A DNA stretch of 64,000 nt from Somniosus microcephalus (lineage: Eukaryota). The stretch is taken from positions 322,462,001 through 322,526,000 of the forward strand of contig CM126204.1 of the NCBI GenBank assembly GCA_052327205.1. Reading direction: 5' to 3'. The notes under the pieces were generated by a model that made no database searches, was not told where the DNA came from, and was given only the letters and a program-made list of their open reading frames with translations. Below, one piece after another: positions 1-13,370 of the stretch (position 1 is the first letter of the stretch; every line of letters begins with the position of its first letter). The translations under genes and the position numbers were made by a program.

Positions 1-315
1 TCCTGTCATTTCTGTTAAATAACCAAAGACATGCAACTCTTTTTTTTTTTAAAATATTTAAAATTCCCATTTGCATCGCTGTGATTTCAGCAAAATAAAT
101 AAACAAGCTCTCGGAACTGAAACATTTATTCCAAAGTTAAGTGAAGTGCCCAAGTGGAAAATGCTAAACTATTAAATGTTAGTGTCAATCCAGATCCAAA
201 GGTTGTACAAGTAATAGATGCAACCGACAGCAGTTCCCTCCAAACCTGCAACTCTGGAACCAAAAAATACAGTTGCGCAAAAAACAAACTGGAAATAACA
301 TGAGTCCGAATGGGA

Positions 316-795
316 GGACTGCAGAGATCTCAGAGGGTTGTAGGGCTGGAAGAGGTTACAGAGATGGGGAGGGGCGAGGCCATGGAGGGATTTGAAAACG
401 AGCATGAACATTTTAAAATCTAGGCGTTGCCAGACCGGGAGCTATTGTAGGTCAGCGAGCACGAGGGTAATGGGTGGACGAGGCTTGGTGCGGGTGGACG
501 CGGCTTGGTGCGGGTTAGAATGCAGGCAACAGAGTTTTGGAGGAGTTCAAGTTTATGGAGGGTGCAAGTTGGGAGGCTGGCCAAGGTAGTCGAGTCTGGA
601 GGTAACAAAGGCATGGATGAGAGTTTTCAGCAGCTGATAAGCTGAGGCCAGGGTGGGGATGGGCGATGTTATGGAGGTGGAAGTAGGTGGTCTTGGTGAT
701 GGAGCGGATATGGGGTCAGAAGCTCATCTCTGGGTTAGATAGGACACCAAGTTTGCGAACGGTCTGCTTCAGCCTCAGACAGGTGGCCAGGGAGA
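316..795 (-). mobile_element. L2 LINE fragment
   Basis: Minus-strand peptides VFKSLHGLAPPHLCNL and LELLQNSVACILTRT; homologous to the L2 at 54990-56697. Confidence 0.85.
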
Positions 796-944
796 GTGGT
801 CGAGTGATGGAGACAGCGCCTACTATCATAAGGATCTTGTAAATAAGCCAGTGTTTAATGATCCCTTGCACTGACCATGTACCAGTGATTGTCAACAAAT
901 ATGTCACCCTTTTAAGTATTGAAATCGGTGAGATTGCCTCTCAA

Positions 945-1162
945 ACTTGCCATAGCCAATATTTATCCCTCAATCAACATAACAGAAAAACAGATTATCT
1001 GGTCATTATCACATTGCTGTTTTTGGGAGCTTGCTGTGCTCAATTGGCTGCCACGTTTCCTACATTACAGCAGTGACTACACTTCAAAAGTACTTCATTG
1101 GCTGTAAAGCGCTTTGGGACATCCTGAGGTTGTGAAAGGCACTATATAAATGCAAGTCTTTT
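945..1162 (+). mobile_element. 3' part of a SacSINE1/DeuSINE-like SINE
   Basis: ccaatatttatccctcaa...cagattatctggtcatt...gggacatcctgaggttgtgaaaggcactatataaatgcaag; reverse complement of the SINE split across 54848-54990 and 56698-56997. Confidence 0.8.
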
Positions 1163-1167
1163 TCTTT

Positions 1168-1312
1168 AAGACACTCCTTAAAACCTATCTCTTTGACCAA
1201 GCTTTTGGTCATCGCTCTAATATCTCCTTATGTGGCTCGGTGTCATATTTTGTTTGATAACGCTCCTGCGAAGTGCCTTGGTACATTTTACTACGTTAAT
1301 CGTGCTATAAAT
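1168..1312 (+). mobile_element. L2 LINE 3' tail
   Basis: aagacactccttaaaacctatctctttgaccaagcttttggtca...; same as 56530-56690. Confidence 0.8.
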
Positions 1313-1974
1313 GTACCAGGGGTGATTGGGGCGGGGGCAAAAGAATGGTAATGGCTAGTGTTACAAAGGAGAGGAGCTCATTAGGGAACTGGGAGCCACA
1401 TTAGGAGACTCTGTCATGTTACTATGTGGTAGCATGTTGATGCAACAGCCTCCTCCTCAATCTGCATGCTGCCAAAAGCTTTCCCGATCACTGCATATGT
1501 ATATGTGGGGGGGGGGGGATTAAGATACAGCTCATCTATCTGAAAACAACTTGTTGCTTCAATAATTTAAAAATGAAATTCAGACCTGTATGGGTTCCTT
1601 TTTGGATGCTAGAATCTTTGTCTGTGTCCTGTTCATGCATACATCCAGATTTAACACTCTGGCAGAGGTACTACCCCTCAGAGAGTGGAATGCTGAGTTG
1701 ATGTGTGTAATTCTCGTGTACCTCTTAATACCAAGCATCTTCTCTGTCTCCTTGGTTGGAAACAGAGAGATTCACAGAGGGACCTAAAAGAGATTGGACA
1801 GGGAGAATACAAGTGCGGGCTGGGGGGGATATTGCAAAATAAGGCGAAGGCCAAACATTTCACTTAATATGTTCCAGTCTCCCTTTTTTTAAGGACAAAT
1901 TAAGAAATTGTGCACCCTCACTTTTTTTTTCCATCTATTAATTTTAATGGATGAAAAATCACAGTTTCCTAATA

Positions 1975-2310
1975 CAGGAAACTTTGTTATATCCGGCACC
2001 GACGGGACCGAGCTGTTGCCGATCTATCAACTGCTGGACATACCAGTTAATGTTGAAGCATACGGAGATTTGCAGCTCCGTATCTGGCAACAAACACTGT
2101 TGCTTAGCAACAGCTTCTAAACAGTCGGCAGTCCTTAGAAGCATCTCTGTAGCTCAGAGAGACTTTGCTGAGCTTGACTGTTGGAAAAAAAAGCCACGAG
2201 AAGAAAAAAAAGCCACGAGAAGAAAAAAAACCTAACAAAACGGCTCCTGATTTCTGCCGGTAGATCGAGGTTTCCAGACATACAACCTCCGGATAAACCA
2301 AAGTTTCCTG
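1975..2310. mobile_element. Tc1/mariner-pogo (Tigger-like) MITE
   Basis: TIRs caggaaactttg..tatccgg / ccggata..caaagtttcctg, with TA on both flanks. Confidence 0.85.
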
Positions 2311-2861
2311 TATGTACTTCCAGGGTACGCTGAAAGGGACAATCTCCCCTTAAATGCACAGGGCAAAAAATTTACATGTGTTTGGTCAAAACAATGCAAG
2401 TTTTACATGGGTTAGGATGGAAAAAGTAAAAATGTAGCAAGCAATAGAACATCATCATCCTTATTAGTAAAGTAGCCGAATAGTTGAAGTAGTGGAATCT
2501 TTTCATTGCCAATGGATTAGCAGTTTTTTTTAAACAAATCAGTTGGTATTCGTGTGTGATTATCTGTGTGTAATTTTGTTCGAAATCTCTGAATCTTTCC
2601 CCAAAAAAGTCACTACTTTCCCCTGTCTTCCTTCATGCAATGATTATTGTGAATGTAAATCACTTCCTTATTAAACCAGATTTAAACCTGCATCTGCTAG
2701 GGTTAAAATAGCTTTATTTTAGAATGGAAAAAATCAAGTTTAAAGGAAACTGCAAGTTATTTGCTAATGGAATACTCTGAGTGCTTGTTTCATTATTTCA
2801 GCAAGCTAGTTTTCATGAGCCTGCTGTCTGATTGTTAATTGCTCTTGTTTTCTGTATTTAG

Positions 2862-2934
2862 ATGAAACTGCCTAGCTCAGTTGGACAGAAAAAAATCAAA
2901 GCCATTGAACAGATGCTAACAGAGTTGGGAGTTG
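2862..2934 (+). CDS. DMAP1: DNA methyltransferase 1-associated protein 1, third-to-last coding exon
   Basis: tttctgtatttag|ATGAAACTG...GGAGTTG|gtaagc; encodes MKLPSSVGQKKIKAIEQMLTELGV, matching the remembered human DMAP1 segment MKLPSSVGQKKIKALEQMLLELGV; ends in phase 1. Confidence 0.96.
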
Positions 2935-3371
2935 GTAAGCAAAGAAATGGATATCCTGATTATTTTATTGATTACTTTCTGCTATAAAAAGATGTGCAGA
3001 TTGATCTCACACTATGAATTTTGAACAATATATTACCAGTGAAATTGTGTCAGTGACTGTTTAATGTATAGGAAAGGGACAGTCGGAAACAAATTCATGC
3101 ACCTTGAGATATTTATCAAAAATAAGAAATCTGTGGCTGTTACTGTTCAACACTTTTGGAGCTGAAGTAACCTTTTTAACACCAAAAAAGGGATTGGGTG
3201 GTAAGCATATTATCCTTTCACCTCTGGAATCTGGGTTAAATACAGAAAGTCTCCTCCCTGTTCTTTTTCGGGTTCGGGTTCTACGTAAAACCAGCACAGG
3301 CAATGGCAATTCAGTTTCTAGTGGTCAGCACAAAACTGCCGATAGTTTGACAAATCAGTCGGAAAGATGTA

Positions 3372-4990
3372 ATAGAATCATAGAAAGTTACAGCACGGAA
3401 GGAGGCCATTTCGGCCCATCGTGTCCGTGCCGGCCAACAAAGAGCTATCCAGCCTAATCCCACTTCCCAGCTCTTGGTCCGTAGCCCTGCAGGTTATAGC
3501 ATCCCAAGTGCACATCCAAGTACTTTTTAAATGTGGTTAGGGTTCCTGCCTCTACCACCCTTTCAGGCAGTGAGTTCCAGACCCCCCACAACCCTCTGGG
3601 TGAAGAAATTTCCCCTCAAATCCCCTCTAAACTTTCCCCCAAGTACTTTAAATCTGTGCCCCCTGGTTTTTGACCCCTCTGCTAAGGGAAATAGGTCCTT
3701 TCTATGCCCCTCATAATTTTATACACCTCTAAGGTCTCCCCTCAACCTCCTCTGTTCCAAAGAAAACAAACCCAGCCTATCCAGTCTTTCCTCATAGCTA
3801 AGATTCTCTACTCCTGGCAACATCCTTGTAAATCTCCTCTGTACCCTCTCTAGTGCAATCACATCTTTCCTGTAATGTGGTGACCAGAACAGCATGCAGT
3901 ACTCTAGCTGAGGCCTAACTAGTGTTTTATACAGTTGAAGCATAACCCCCCCCCCGCTCTTGTATTCTATGCCACGGCTAATAAAGGCAAGCATTCCGTA
4001 TGCCGTCTTAACCACCTTATCAACCTGGCCTGCTACCTTCAGGGATTTGTGGATATGAACTCCAAGGTCCCTTTGTTCTTCTACACTACTCAGTGTCCTA
4101 CCATTTAATGTGTATTCCCTTTCCTTGTTAGCCCTCTCCAAATGTATTACCTCACACTTCTCCGGATTGAATTCCATTTGCCACTGTTCTGACCAATTTA
4201 TTGATATCTTCCTGGAGTCTACAGCTTCCTTCTTCAGTATCAACCACACAGCCGATTTTAGTATCATCTGCAAACTTCTTAATCGTACCCCCTATATTCA
4301 AGTCTAGATCATTGATATATACCACAAAAAGCAAGGGACCTAGTACTGAGCCCTGCAGAACCCCACTGGAAACAGCCTTCCAGTCACAAAAACACCCATC
4401 AACCATTACCCTCTGCTTCCTGTCTCCGAGCCAGTTTTGAATCCAACTTGACACTTTGCCCTGGATCCCATGGGCTTTTAATTTCGTGACCAGTCTGCCA
4501 TGTGGAATCTTATCAAAAGCCTTGCTAAAGTCCATATACACTACATCAAACGTACTACCCTTATCTACCCTCCTTGTTACCTCCTCAAAAAATTCGATCC
4601 AGTTTGTCAGACACTACCTTCCCTTAACAAATCTGTGCTGATTATCCGTGTCTTTCTAAATGAAGATTTATCCTGTCCTTCAGAATTCTTTCCAATAATT
4701 TTCCCACCACCGAGATTAAGCTGACTGGCCTGTAATTACTCGGTCTACCCTTTTCTCCCTTTTTAAACAAGGGTACCACATTAGCAGTCCTCCGACACCA
4801 CACCTGAAGCCAGAGAGGACTGAAAAATAATGGTCAGGGCCTCTGCAATTTCATCTTTTGCTTCGTTTAACAGCCTGGGATACATTTCATCCGGGTCTGG
4901 AGATTTATCCACTTTTAAAGTTGCTAAACCCCTTAATACTTCCTCTCTCACTATGTTTAATTCATCTAATATTTCACACTCCTCCCCCCC
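3372..4990 (-). mobile_element. CR1 LINE, 5'-truncated, frameshifted RT
   Basis: YMDFSKAFDKIPH, GVLQGSVLGPLLFVVYINDL, KFADDTK, LYKTLVRPQLEYC, ALERVQRRFTRM; CR1-type tail at the left end. Confidence 0.95.
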
Positions 4991-5094
4991 TGATAGCAAT
5001 GTATTCAATAGAAAAATACACACTGATAAAGTAGCAGCTTTTGTAAGGTTAGGATTAGGTCACTGTGTTGGGATGCAGCAGAAAGAAATAACTA

Positions 5095-5340
5095 GCATTA
5101 TATAGTATTTTTCACATCCTCAGGACGTCCCAAACGCAGTAGCCAATTTGCACACAAGCACCCACATCAACAGAATGAATGACTAGATAATCTGTTTTTG
5201 GTGATGTTGCTTGAAGCACTGGTCTTTTGAATAGTGCAATGGGACATTTTAAGTCCATTTGAAAGATGCCATCTTCAGAAATTCAGCACGACCTCAATGT
5301 TGCACTAAAGCGTCAGCCTGGATTATGTGCTCAAGTTTGC
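5095..5340 (-). mobile_element. Degenerate DeuSINE/SacSINE1-like SINE
   Basis: cctcaggacgtcccaaa, agataatctgttttt, aatagtgcaatggga and ctggattatgtgctcaagt blocks shared with 54848-56997. Confidence 0.7.
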
Positions 5341-6026
5341 CCTGTATCTTGTCGTACTAAACTTGACACAAGGTGACAGAAATATTCTGAAATTTTCTTT
5401 CTTGGGCAAAAGACAATGTGTGTGTATATGTATGTGTTCTATAGTCAGCATTATATTTTAAATGTTTGTGGTCCATTTGAAGCACGAGTGCAGGGTCATG
5501 TATTGAAATATCCATTGTTTGTTGCACAATTGATGTACAAAATAATGACTTGTTTGGCTTTAAGGGTAGTCACCAGCAACACTTTTAAACTTGTTGCATC
5601 TTTGAGATGTTCTAAAGATAAATCTTCAATTCCTTAAATATATTAAAAATGTAATGACACCCTTTTTATGTCCAGAGAGTCTTCACCAATAAATGGCTTC
5701 TATGCTTTGATTAAAATGCTTCAACCTATGACCTCTGCATTTAATCAGCAGGGCAGGCCTGCTTGCTGCCAAGCTACATAATTATCTTTTTTATTGTAGA
5801 ATGTGATTTGAGAAAAATGTATGCGATGGAGAAAAAAAATCATTTAAGAAACTTTTTTAAAAGGCTTTCAATACTGAAGGTTAATATGGACATACTGACT
5901 ATTAAAATGCAGCACTCTATTGGTTGTGTTATAGGAAATGAGGACATGTGTAAAGTCCATGTTCTATACAGATGTATTTTATGGTCAGTAATTGTTGGTT
6001 CAGAGTAATAGAAAGTTGGTGCTAAC

Positions 6027-6769
6027 GGCCTGGATTTTGCGGTCAGCGGTGAAGGGATGGAGCTCGCCACTGCCCACAAAGATTTGGCGGGCTCTAGACC
6101 GTCGCTTTCCCCTATTCCAATGATGACTTTGAATCTGGCGCCATCTATCGGGTGTCCAGCAACAGTGAAGTCACCAAGCAGGCTGATCAGCCAATCAGAT
6201 TGAAGAATTCTCAGACAGCAAAGCAGGATGTAAAATGCACAGTTTATAATTCACTTCTTAATCATTATACAGAAAGCAAAATAAAGATTGGTACATATGC
6301 ATGGGATTACGGTAGAAGCTGAAATATCAAACGTTTAAAAAAAAAAATAAAAGTTGATTTTTTTAAAAATCATGGAATTTTTAAATGTTCTGAGGGAATG
6401 ATGCTCCACACTTGTAAAATTAGTTTTTCAGGGCTAGAGAGGTTGTTCATTAGTAATTATGACTTTGTATGCTGTTTAAAAACTCAGTTACGCCTCCTTC
6501 AACAAGGCTTAACATTTTCAGTGGTTTTTACAGCGAGTATAGTGCATAAAAAGTTGAAGTTCACGTCAAATCACTGATTCTGTATTGATTTGCATCTGCA
6601 AAAACTGCAACAGCGCGCCCTGTGAAAGGAGCAGTATCACTGACACCAACTTCCGTATTTCCGCATTTAACTGTGCATGTGCGGATGCCAAAAGTTGCTG
6701 TCAGTTTTATACAGTAATGATGTCGAGCGCTGATAGTTTCGCTGTCATTACAACCGCAAATTCCAGGCC
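6027..6769. mobile_element. PIF/Harbinger-type MITE (family A)
   Basis: TIRs ggcctggattttgcggt / accgcaaattccaggcc; 3-bp flanks aac/aat; related inverted copy at 45737-48350. Confidence 0.8.
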
Positions 6770-7021
6770 AATAAGTCTACTCAGTAGGCAATTTAATTGG
6801 AGGTCAAGAGTTCTTGACAATTTGACTTGTCTGCTTGTATATCTTCAGGCCTTTCTAACAAGTCAAGGACATTTTGTGCAATTCTGTTTTGCTTTGGAAT
6901 AATCTGAGCTATATCAGTCTGAAGTGTGCAATAGTTTGAGAAATTAATGATTAAACTGCAGAGATTGTTTTTATCTTCTAGAGCAAGTCCAGGTAGACCA
7001 TTGAACCACTGCAGTACAGTA

Positions 7022-7333
7022 CAGGAAACTTTTTTTTTATCCGGCACGGACGGGACCAACGTGGTGCCGGTTCATCAAAAATTCCGGATAACCGAACGCT
7101 ATAGTAAAAGACAGGGAGAGCTGACGGCTCCGTATAAAGCAACAAACCCTGACTGTAGAACAATGGCCACAAGTTCCAAGCGTCTCTGTAGCTTAGCAAC
7201 CGCTGCAGCCACACCCTTGCACAGCAATCGGTGGAAGAAGGCAAATACAATATGAAGTAAAACCTACTTCTGAATTTTGCCGGTTAACCGAGATTTCCGG
7301 TTATTTAGGTGCCGGTAAATCGAAAGTTTCCTG
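7022..7333. mobile_element. Tc1/pogo MITE, same family as 1975-2310
   Basis: ta|caggaaacttt...tatccggcacggacgggacc ... aaagtttcctg|ta. Confidence 0.85.
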
Positions 7334-7790
7334 TAATGCAAAAACAAACTTAAGACTTTTGTTTAACACCTCTGGTGATGGGTCCATACCCTGCCATGGA
7401 CTGATGATCCTAATGTACCAGCTATTTTTATGGGGATTCTTTATTAATAGTGATAAACATATTGGGGGGAAGCTGATGTATCAAGCGCACTACTACGCTC
7501 CTAGTAAGTCAATTGAGGAGAAACAATATTAGAGTTCCAGATGGCTTCCACAGTTCTGTGTGGATGCAGTTCTGAAGGTTAATGCTATCAGCATTGAATC
7601 TGTATTAAAATACAGATACAGGTCCACTAAGAGTACTGCACTTCTGATATAGAGCATCAAATTCCCATACTATTTCTAATCTTATAAGAGCCTTTTTAGT
7701 GATGTCTTTGACTATATTTAGGTGGGAAAGGTTGCTATTTTAATGTTTATGAAAGTGTTTACACATGTTTTGTTTGATACTGATTTGCAG

Positions 7791-8086
7791 ATCTAAACCC
7801 AATGCCCACTGAAGAGATTGTACACATGTTCAATGAACTCCGCAGTGATCTGGTGCTGTTGTATGAACTGAAGCAGGCATATGCCAATTGTGAATATGAG
7901 CTTCAGATGCTACGACATCGATACGAGGCACTGGCAAAGGCAGGGACAACCAGCTTGGCATCAGCAGAAGGTTTTGGCATTGATGGACAGATGGGAACTG
8001 TGGGAACCAGTTCTGAGGAAATTAAGGGGGAAGGAAAAGATCAGTTCATTGATGTTGTTGGAGCTGCACCTCTCACACCAAACTCG
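7791..8086 (+). CDS. DMAP1: DMAP1 penultimate coding exon
   Basis: gatttgcag|ATCTAAAC...AACTCG|gtaagc; phase-compatible with the previous exon (G+AT=D); (D)LNPMPTEEIVHMFNELRSDLVLLYELKQAYANCEYELQMLRHRYEAL...IDVVGAAPLTPNS. Confidence 0.97.
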
Positions 8087-8569
8087 GTAAGCACTGATAG
8101 TAAAGTGAAAATATTCAGAACATTTTTGATTTGTACTGGCTAATCAAGTAATAGTGTCTACTACAGAAAATACAAATTGCAATTCATGAATAATATTTTA
8201 TTGTATTAAATCAGGCCTTCTAATTGTCACAAGTGCATTATTAGATCCATCTTTAAGATCTTTTTAAAACTACATAAAACTTGTCTATATATTCTGTTTA
8301 CATAAAATACTTTGTGAAATTAATATGAATATTTGGACACTCTTTAATATGTTAATAGATATCATTAGAGGCAACCTGTCTTTTCAGTCATGAACTGCCA
8401 TTCTTCACACTGTACATGGTGTGTAAAATCTGCTGCACTGTATTTTGTTTGATCTCCGCAATGTCTGATCAATATTTACTAACCAGGTGTTAAGCAGTGG
8501 AAGAGTCTATCCTGTGATTAGACAAAAGCTATCATAGCCTGTTAATGAATTATGTAAAAAACCAATAAG

Positions 8570-9545
8570 TTACTTCAGCAGAACAATCACTACTGTTGCA
8601 CATAAAAAGACTCCTGAAAAGGCTTGATATCCATGAGGCAGTTGTGCTGCAGACTGCAGTCATTTATTTGATTATCGGTTCCTTCCAATGTGAAGATGAT
8701 TACACACCAGAATAATACCTGGGCTTAATCGGTTAAGTTATAAGGACAGGTTGCATAAACTTGGCTTGTTATTCCCTTGAGATTAGAAGGTTGAGGGTGA
8801 CTTAATTAAGGTGTTTAAGATGATCGAAGGATTCGATAGAGTAGATGCAGAGAAACTGGTGGTGGAACCCAGAACACACATTCTTAAAATTAGAGCTAGG
8901 ACATTCAGGAGTGAAATCAGGAAGCACCTTTTCACACACAGGGTCGTGGAATTCTCTCCTCAAATGCTGTGGATGCTGAGTAAGTTGAAACTTTCAAGGT
9001 TGAGATCAATAGATTTTTATTAGGTGAGGGAGGGATATGGAACAAAGGTCGGCAAATGGAGTTGAGGTACAGATCAGCCATGCCGTAATTGAATAGCGGA
9101 TGAGGCTCGAGGGGCTGAATGGCCCACTCCTGTTCCTACACCATAAAGAAAAGCTTTAGAAAGGCAACCTTTGAAGCTTGAATAACTTGATTTTTTGTAG
9201 AATGTTATAATGTGCAAATAACAGAAGCTCAGAATCAATTGCAAATTGCTGTTGAGTTATGTTTATTTATAAGAAAAAAAAAGTAACCTCAACAGATAAT
9301 TCGCTGCTGTTCATGGAAGAAGGCTCAAAAAATGTCTGATATCCATGAGACAGTTGTGACACAGATTGCAATGTGTTTATTTGAATACTGCTTCCCTAGA
9401 GTGAATAGACAATTGTGCACTATAAAAAGCCTTGGAAAGGTGATCCTTAAAGTCTGAGGAACGGAATTGTTGTGGAATGTTGTAGTATGGTTACTAAGTG
9501 CAAGTAACAGAAGCTGAAAATCAATGGCTAATTGCTACCCAGTCA
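8570..9545 (+). repeat. Diverged tandem duplication (~290-bp unit) in the last DMAP1 intron
   Basis: Shared blocks tgatatccatgag(g/a)cagttgtg, tttatttga, gtgcaa(a/g)taacagaagct and aatcaat..gc.aattgct occur twice; the first copy is split by a CR1. Confidence 0.75.
8710..9137 (+). mobile_element. CR1 3' fragment with TSD
   Basis: FKMIEGFDRVDAEKL...RTFRSEIRKHLFTHRVV; ACACCA duplicated at 8704-8709 and 9138-9143. Confidence 0.9.
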
Positions 9546-9681
9546 CCAAAGAGACTTCATGATTTCCAGCCCCCCCCCCCCCCCCCCTCAATAAAAATGT
9601 ATTGCTTCTGTTTATATATCCTGCACATATTTGTGAATGATAGTACACATATTTGGTGGCCCTAGAATTTCAGATATGGAG

Positions 9682-10357
9682 GGGTAGAGTTTCCGGTTTG
9701 GGCACAATGTTTTTTCCTTCCTCCGAGTTTCCGCTCAAACTCATTTGCATATCGCTGAATGCCAAATTTGACAGAAACCAGCGCAATTAGGTAGCTTTTT
9801 AAAATGTAATTTTTTAATTTAAAAGTTGCTTTAAAAAATATTCCTTGATATATTTGTGTGGTAACTTGGTAAAGTTTGATTTAATATGGCTGAAAATGGT
9901 TTTATCACAAAAAATAAGCATTTTAAATCAGTGTCAATCCATCACCTGTGAGTAACCCGACTTGAATTACTGAAAATGACTTTAAAAAAATATATACAAA
10001 CCTATTTTCTAGTTAGATTGGGGCACAGTAGTCAGTTCCTTAGCAAATTTTTTAAAAATTCATTCAAAATGTACCTATTGGTGTCCTTGTGCCTAAAAGA
10101 TCCAGCTTAATATTTGGAGCCTCCTCAAAGGCCCACAAAGGGGCGCAATTAGTGGAAACTCCCAGTGGTGATTAATGCAACCTGGAGGCGTGGGCGGGGC
10201 CTGCTTCTAGCGCAATGTTTTTAAAACTAGCGTAAAAGATCGTGGCAACGCAAGTTGTGCTGAATGCAATTTGCACTTAAAATTCCACAATCCTTTGCAC
10301 CGATTTTGGGCAATTTGCACCGAAAAAACCAGCGCAATCGAGCGGAAACTCCCGGCC
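9682..10357. mobile_element. PIF/Harbinger-type MITE (family B)
   Basis: TIRs ggggtagagtttccg / cggaaactcccggcc; full-length inverted homolog at 49782-50692. Confidence 0.75.
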
Positions 10358-13054
10358 GTAATGTTCAACAGGACTGTAGATGTAGAAATCCTGTTTAGTC
10401 TTCATAAACTGACATTACTCTAGAAATAGTTGAACTTGTGTTCATGCTGGTCAGGCAGAATTTTAACAGGGTTGTCATTTTCTGGTTGCTTTACTGTTTG
10501 ATACTGATAAACACACATTATCTGGTATCATAGGGCTTAAGAGTGTGTGTGTGTAGGGCATCACGAGGTTTATGTTGTACTTTACTGATTGCCTCAGACA
10601 ATCATTGTCTGTTAAACTAACTATGCTATTTTTGTCAAATATCCCATTGACTAAATATGAACCAGCAAAACACCACCTACATAGGAAGGAACGGCTCAAT
10701 CAACAACCACCAGGAAAATGCCTGGGTTTTTTTCTATGTGGGATTGCAATATGTGGGCCACTCTATATACAGCTTAAAAATAACATTTACAACATACATT
10801 TAAAAAATATTCTGGGGGAAAAGCAACTTGCCCATAAAATCAGCTGTTGTGTATTAGCAGCACTTCCAAGAAGATTCCTCTGCATGGGCCTGCATCTTTC
10901 CCTGCCACCTGAACTTGCATTCTTCGCACTCGTGTTATGTATCTCTGGCTTGCCTGAATGATCCAATCCAACTAGGTATTGGATGACAACTCCCAGAATA
11001 CAGCATTGTCACTCAGTTGGACTATAATTCCCAAAATGCAGCTTAAGAAGCCACCTTCTAATGAAAAGAACTGGACCCTGTCAAGTTGCATTTCAAATGC
11101 TTTTTAGTACTTAAAATATCCCTAACTCTTCCAGAAAGAAATATTTTTGGCTTGAAAGGTGAAATTATAAGTAGGTTTCAAAATGCTGGAAAGTGTATCA
11201 CATAAAAGTAACAATCTAAATTTTATGGGGGTTTATGCCCAAAGACCCTTCTACGAAATAAATTTGGTGCCTTCGTCACTTTAGCCCCCTTCAGTCATTT
11301 TTTGATCCACCACACTTACAAACTACGCTATTGTGTACTTAGATTTTACCCCCTACAAGAAAAAATGATTGAATTATTGAATATAACTGCAGAACTCCAT
11401 GTCCCACTGCACTTTGTGTCTTTGTGACTTGAGGCACAAATTCTTGTTTTTGAGTTTTTGGCTTTCTTTGAAGCATTTGTCTAACTATTGTCAATTTTCT
11501 AGGTTGGCATGTGCTGCCATAGAAAAGGTTCAAAAATCAGCATTGATTCAGTATGCTGTGCTACTTCAAAGAGCTGTTCTATGGAGTGTTACATCCACAA
11601 GTTTGTGTTTATAATTTGTTATACAGGAGATCTTGGGAAGGTTCTGAGCGAAAGCCAAAAATGAAATCTGGGTGGCTAAGTAATTGTACACTTAACAGTG
11701 GCGTTGGCAAAGAGTATGCGGGTGATGAAACACAGATTGCAGAAAATGCAGGCATTTTTTTTGATGGGAAGGAGGGAAATATAAATGTTAAAAGCTCAAA
11801 AGACCAGACCTTTTCAGATAGCTTGCATTCCTTTCACCAGCTGTAACAGCTTCTGCTATTGCCAACTGTTCTTCACCCCAGGGTGGGGTAACTTCTGTTC
11901 TGTGTCTGTCACTTTTGCTAGCTATTTTCAAAAGGGTCAGATTCAACTTAACTCCATCTTTGCTCTTATTCTTATGTGGTTCATCCAAGAGAACCAGTAC
12001 TTGATCAGAGTCACTGTGTAGCAGGGAATTTAATGTGTTGTACATACTTTTGTTTGGTTGACTTTGCTAAGTGCACTGAGTAGAATTTCCTCCAATTAGT
12101 TTGCAACCAGTAGAAAGCAGTCATATATGTTTTCTCAAAATTGCCTGTTACCGTTCAAGATTTTGGCACTCAATCCTCCTTTAGTGAGGCTATATGTACA
12201 ATGAGAATGGATAGGGAGTGCACATTGAAACTTTATACTTGAATCAGGTGCATAGTTATGTCTTTTGGTGTATTTAGAGAATATTAATGGATCCCTATTA
12301 TGTTCTTTATATCAATCAGCATAAAATCGTACAGAATGTCAATTTTGAAAAGTTGGGAATGGTGATTTGCTGCAGGGCATTTCCAGTGCTGTACAAAATA
12401 GTTAAAATGTTAAATACAGCTCTGACCTTTACTGGCTGATTAAACAACGAGGATGGCATTAGATTAGAATAAGACTGAAGGTCAAACCAATTCACTGTAT
12501 AACCATTTTAGAGTGCTTTTAAAATTGTTTTTAACATTACCTCCTTTCCCCCTCCCGCCACAAAAATGTAATTTTGCCAGTACTTTCAAAATACAAGAAT
12601 TAACCTAATCTTGGTAGCTTGGTAATTCTTTAACTGTTCGAGAAATTAAAGTGCTTTTGCAGCTTTTGAAATGCCATATGTGGTACTTAAAACCTCTTTG
12701 ATCTGAATGTCTGGGAAGTTGAATTGGAGTGGGGTGGCCCAGTAGTAAGGATCTGCTAAGGGACCTGAGTTTGGACCACTGGACATTCACAATTGGGCTT
12801 TCTTGGTGGAGGGGAGAAAGGAGACAGTAGCTGATGCAGAAAATGCTTAACATGGTATCTGCTTTGAGTGGTGCAAGCAAAACTCATCAAGTTGTTCTAT
12901 CCCAACTGCACCACTGTTTGACCATGGAAATTAGAACTCTGTATGCACGCTTAAACTCGCCATCTGATTGCCACTTAAAATTCTAATGTTAGAGAATATC
13001 TGACAGACTAGTAAGGTCTTTCCTGAGAAAAGCATAATGGTAAAAAAAAAACCT

Positions 13055-13370
13055 TAAATAACCCACCCTTGATCCCTCTGTCCTTGCAGACTACCACCCC
13101 CATCTCCAACTTCCCTTTCCTTGTCAAAGTCCTTGAACGTGTTGTCGCCTCCCAAATCCATGCCCATCTCCCTGTTTGAATCTCTCCAATCAGGTCTCCG
13201 CCGCTGCCACAGCACTGAAACGACCCTTCTCAAAGTCACAAAGGACATCCTATGTGACTGACCGTGGTAAACTATCCCTCCTCATCCTCCTCCTCACCTC
13301 CAGCCTTGACTGTTCCAATGCGCCCCTGGTCGGCCTCCCATCTGTAAACTTGAGCTCATTCAAAACTCTG
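13055..13370 (+). mobile_element. L2 fragment with internal deletions
   Basis: cccacccttgatccctctgtccttgcagactac...cacagcactgaaacg...; matches 55230-55460. Confidence 0.85.

Noticed and set aside
8087-8143. Extension of ORF 7802-8143 (VSTDSKV...)
   Set aside because: Read-through past the gtaagc donor into the intron.
9569-9588. Poly-C/poly-G runs (also ~18295, ~39802, ~45102)
   Set aside because: Simple homopolymers, mostly within or beside TEs; no evidence of function.
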